Assembly (NCBI GenBank): GCA_040285855.1
Contig: JAUFOQ010000013.1
Span: 2,046,001 to 2,110,000, forward strand
From: Eukaryota sp. GEM-RC1
Taxonomy: Eukaryota
Length of the DNA stretch: 64,000 nt
Direction of reading: 5' to 3'
In this document: in pieces, positions 62,996 to 64,000 of the stretch
How positions within the stretch are numbered: position 1 is the stretch's first letter
Layout: each line of letters opens with the position of its first letter
Notes under the pieces: generated by a model
Told to the model about the DNA's origin: nothing
Databases searched by the model: none
The model's input: only the letters and a program-made list of their open reading frames with translations
Made by a program: the position numbers and the translations under genes

Positions 62996-63653
62996 ATGTC
63001 TTCAGACGAATTTGAAGGCTTCGAAGACTTTGAGGGGTTTGAGGAAGACTGCTCTGGTGACATTCATATGACAGATACATGGAGTTTTGTTCCAGAAGTC
63101 AAAGAAAAAACCCCCAAAGGAGGAAGAAATCCAAGTTCCTACTGCACCTCTCCCACTTGAAAGCTCCGTACTTGCCACTAGCCGTCTCATGGCTGATTTT
63201 CGTCAACTTAAACGATCGAAAGACTCTGAAAAGTTCATCTCTGTCCAAATCTCTCCACATAGTCTTTATTGTTGGAATGCGCGTTTCATTGGCTTTGACA
63301 GCTCTGATTGCATATTCAATGATCTTCAACGCCATAATGTTGATGGCATTGATCTAGAGCTTACTTTTGGTGCCCAGTTCCCTAACTTACCACCCTTTGT
63401 TCGTGTCGTCAAGCCTATATTTGCTTTCCGTACAGGACATGTGACGATGGGTGGTGCAATCTGTCATTCACTGCTTGCTTCTGACGGATGGCTTCCATCA
63501 TTCTCTGTAGAGGCTCTCCTCTTGGAACTCAGGTCATTAATGTTGGATGGACAAGCTAGACTTGATTCAAATCAGGATCTTTCTCAGTACAGTGAACATG
63601 CTGCTCGTAGTGCGTTTTCCCGAGCAATGAATATGCATAATTGGAAGGTCTAA
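62996..63653 (+). CDS. UBE2Q-family ubiquitin-conjugating enzyme
   Basis: 'FPNLPPFVRVVKP..GHVTMGGAICHSLL..GWLPSFSVEA..GQARLD..YS..ARSAF..HNW'; homopolymer frameshift near 63105. Confidence 0.88.
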
Positions 63654-64000
63654 CAACTTTTCGAATGTCAATAAATCATTTTCATTTTGTTGAACATACT
63701 TTTTTTTAATACGTGTACATACACTGACATTTATAATAAAGTAGTACATGTAGTGTACTGTATTAGGCCTAAAAAGATAATACAACAAACAGAAAACTAC
63801 TCTTTTAAAAAGCAACGAACACTACAAACATTATTTTCAAAATAATCTATGAAACACAAGACAACAGAAAAGTTGGACCAACAGCACCACAATTCCACTA
63901 CTTATGATAAAGATTTAATGATTGCGGGCCACTGACTGGAAACAGATGAACAATTCTGAAATTTCCAATTTGACAGGCTGAATCTAATATTTTGAAACTT

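Overview
AT-rich eukaryotic DNA from a compact-genome flagellated protist. Evidence: ciliary genes (CFAP70, TMEM231, a dynein-heavy-chain-like gene), mostly 26-35 nt spliceosomal introns and very short divergent intergenic spacers; a metamonad-like origin is only an inference. Host genes are often split by 1-nt indels in homopolymers, most likely long-read assembly errors. Host genes include SWI5, a coiled-coil+PHD protein, BI-1/TMBIM, a DMT transporter, a homeobox gene, maspardin, a UBE2Q-like E2, a degenerate Hsp70-NBD/acidic-repeat/Sel1 fusion and tRNA-Gly(TCC). Between them lie dense, nested transposon clusters: CRE-like RLE non-LTR retrotransposons of several families, an intact MULE, hAT derivatives with 8-bp TSDs, a DD34E IS630/Tc1 transposase and pogo-like MITEs. 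Most notable: (i) two retrotransposon families whose TSD-bounded copies end in a stem-loop + CCG + oligo(T) instead of poly(A); (ii) introns whose putative branch-point A is fixed at -7 from the 3' splice site; (iii) a GIY-YIG nuclease gene recognisable only after removing a hAT insertion in silico; (iv) an intron-containing C2H2-PHD-SET gene in an apparently inserted segment. All calls are by eye, without database searches.
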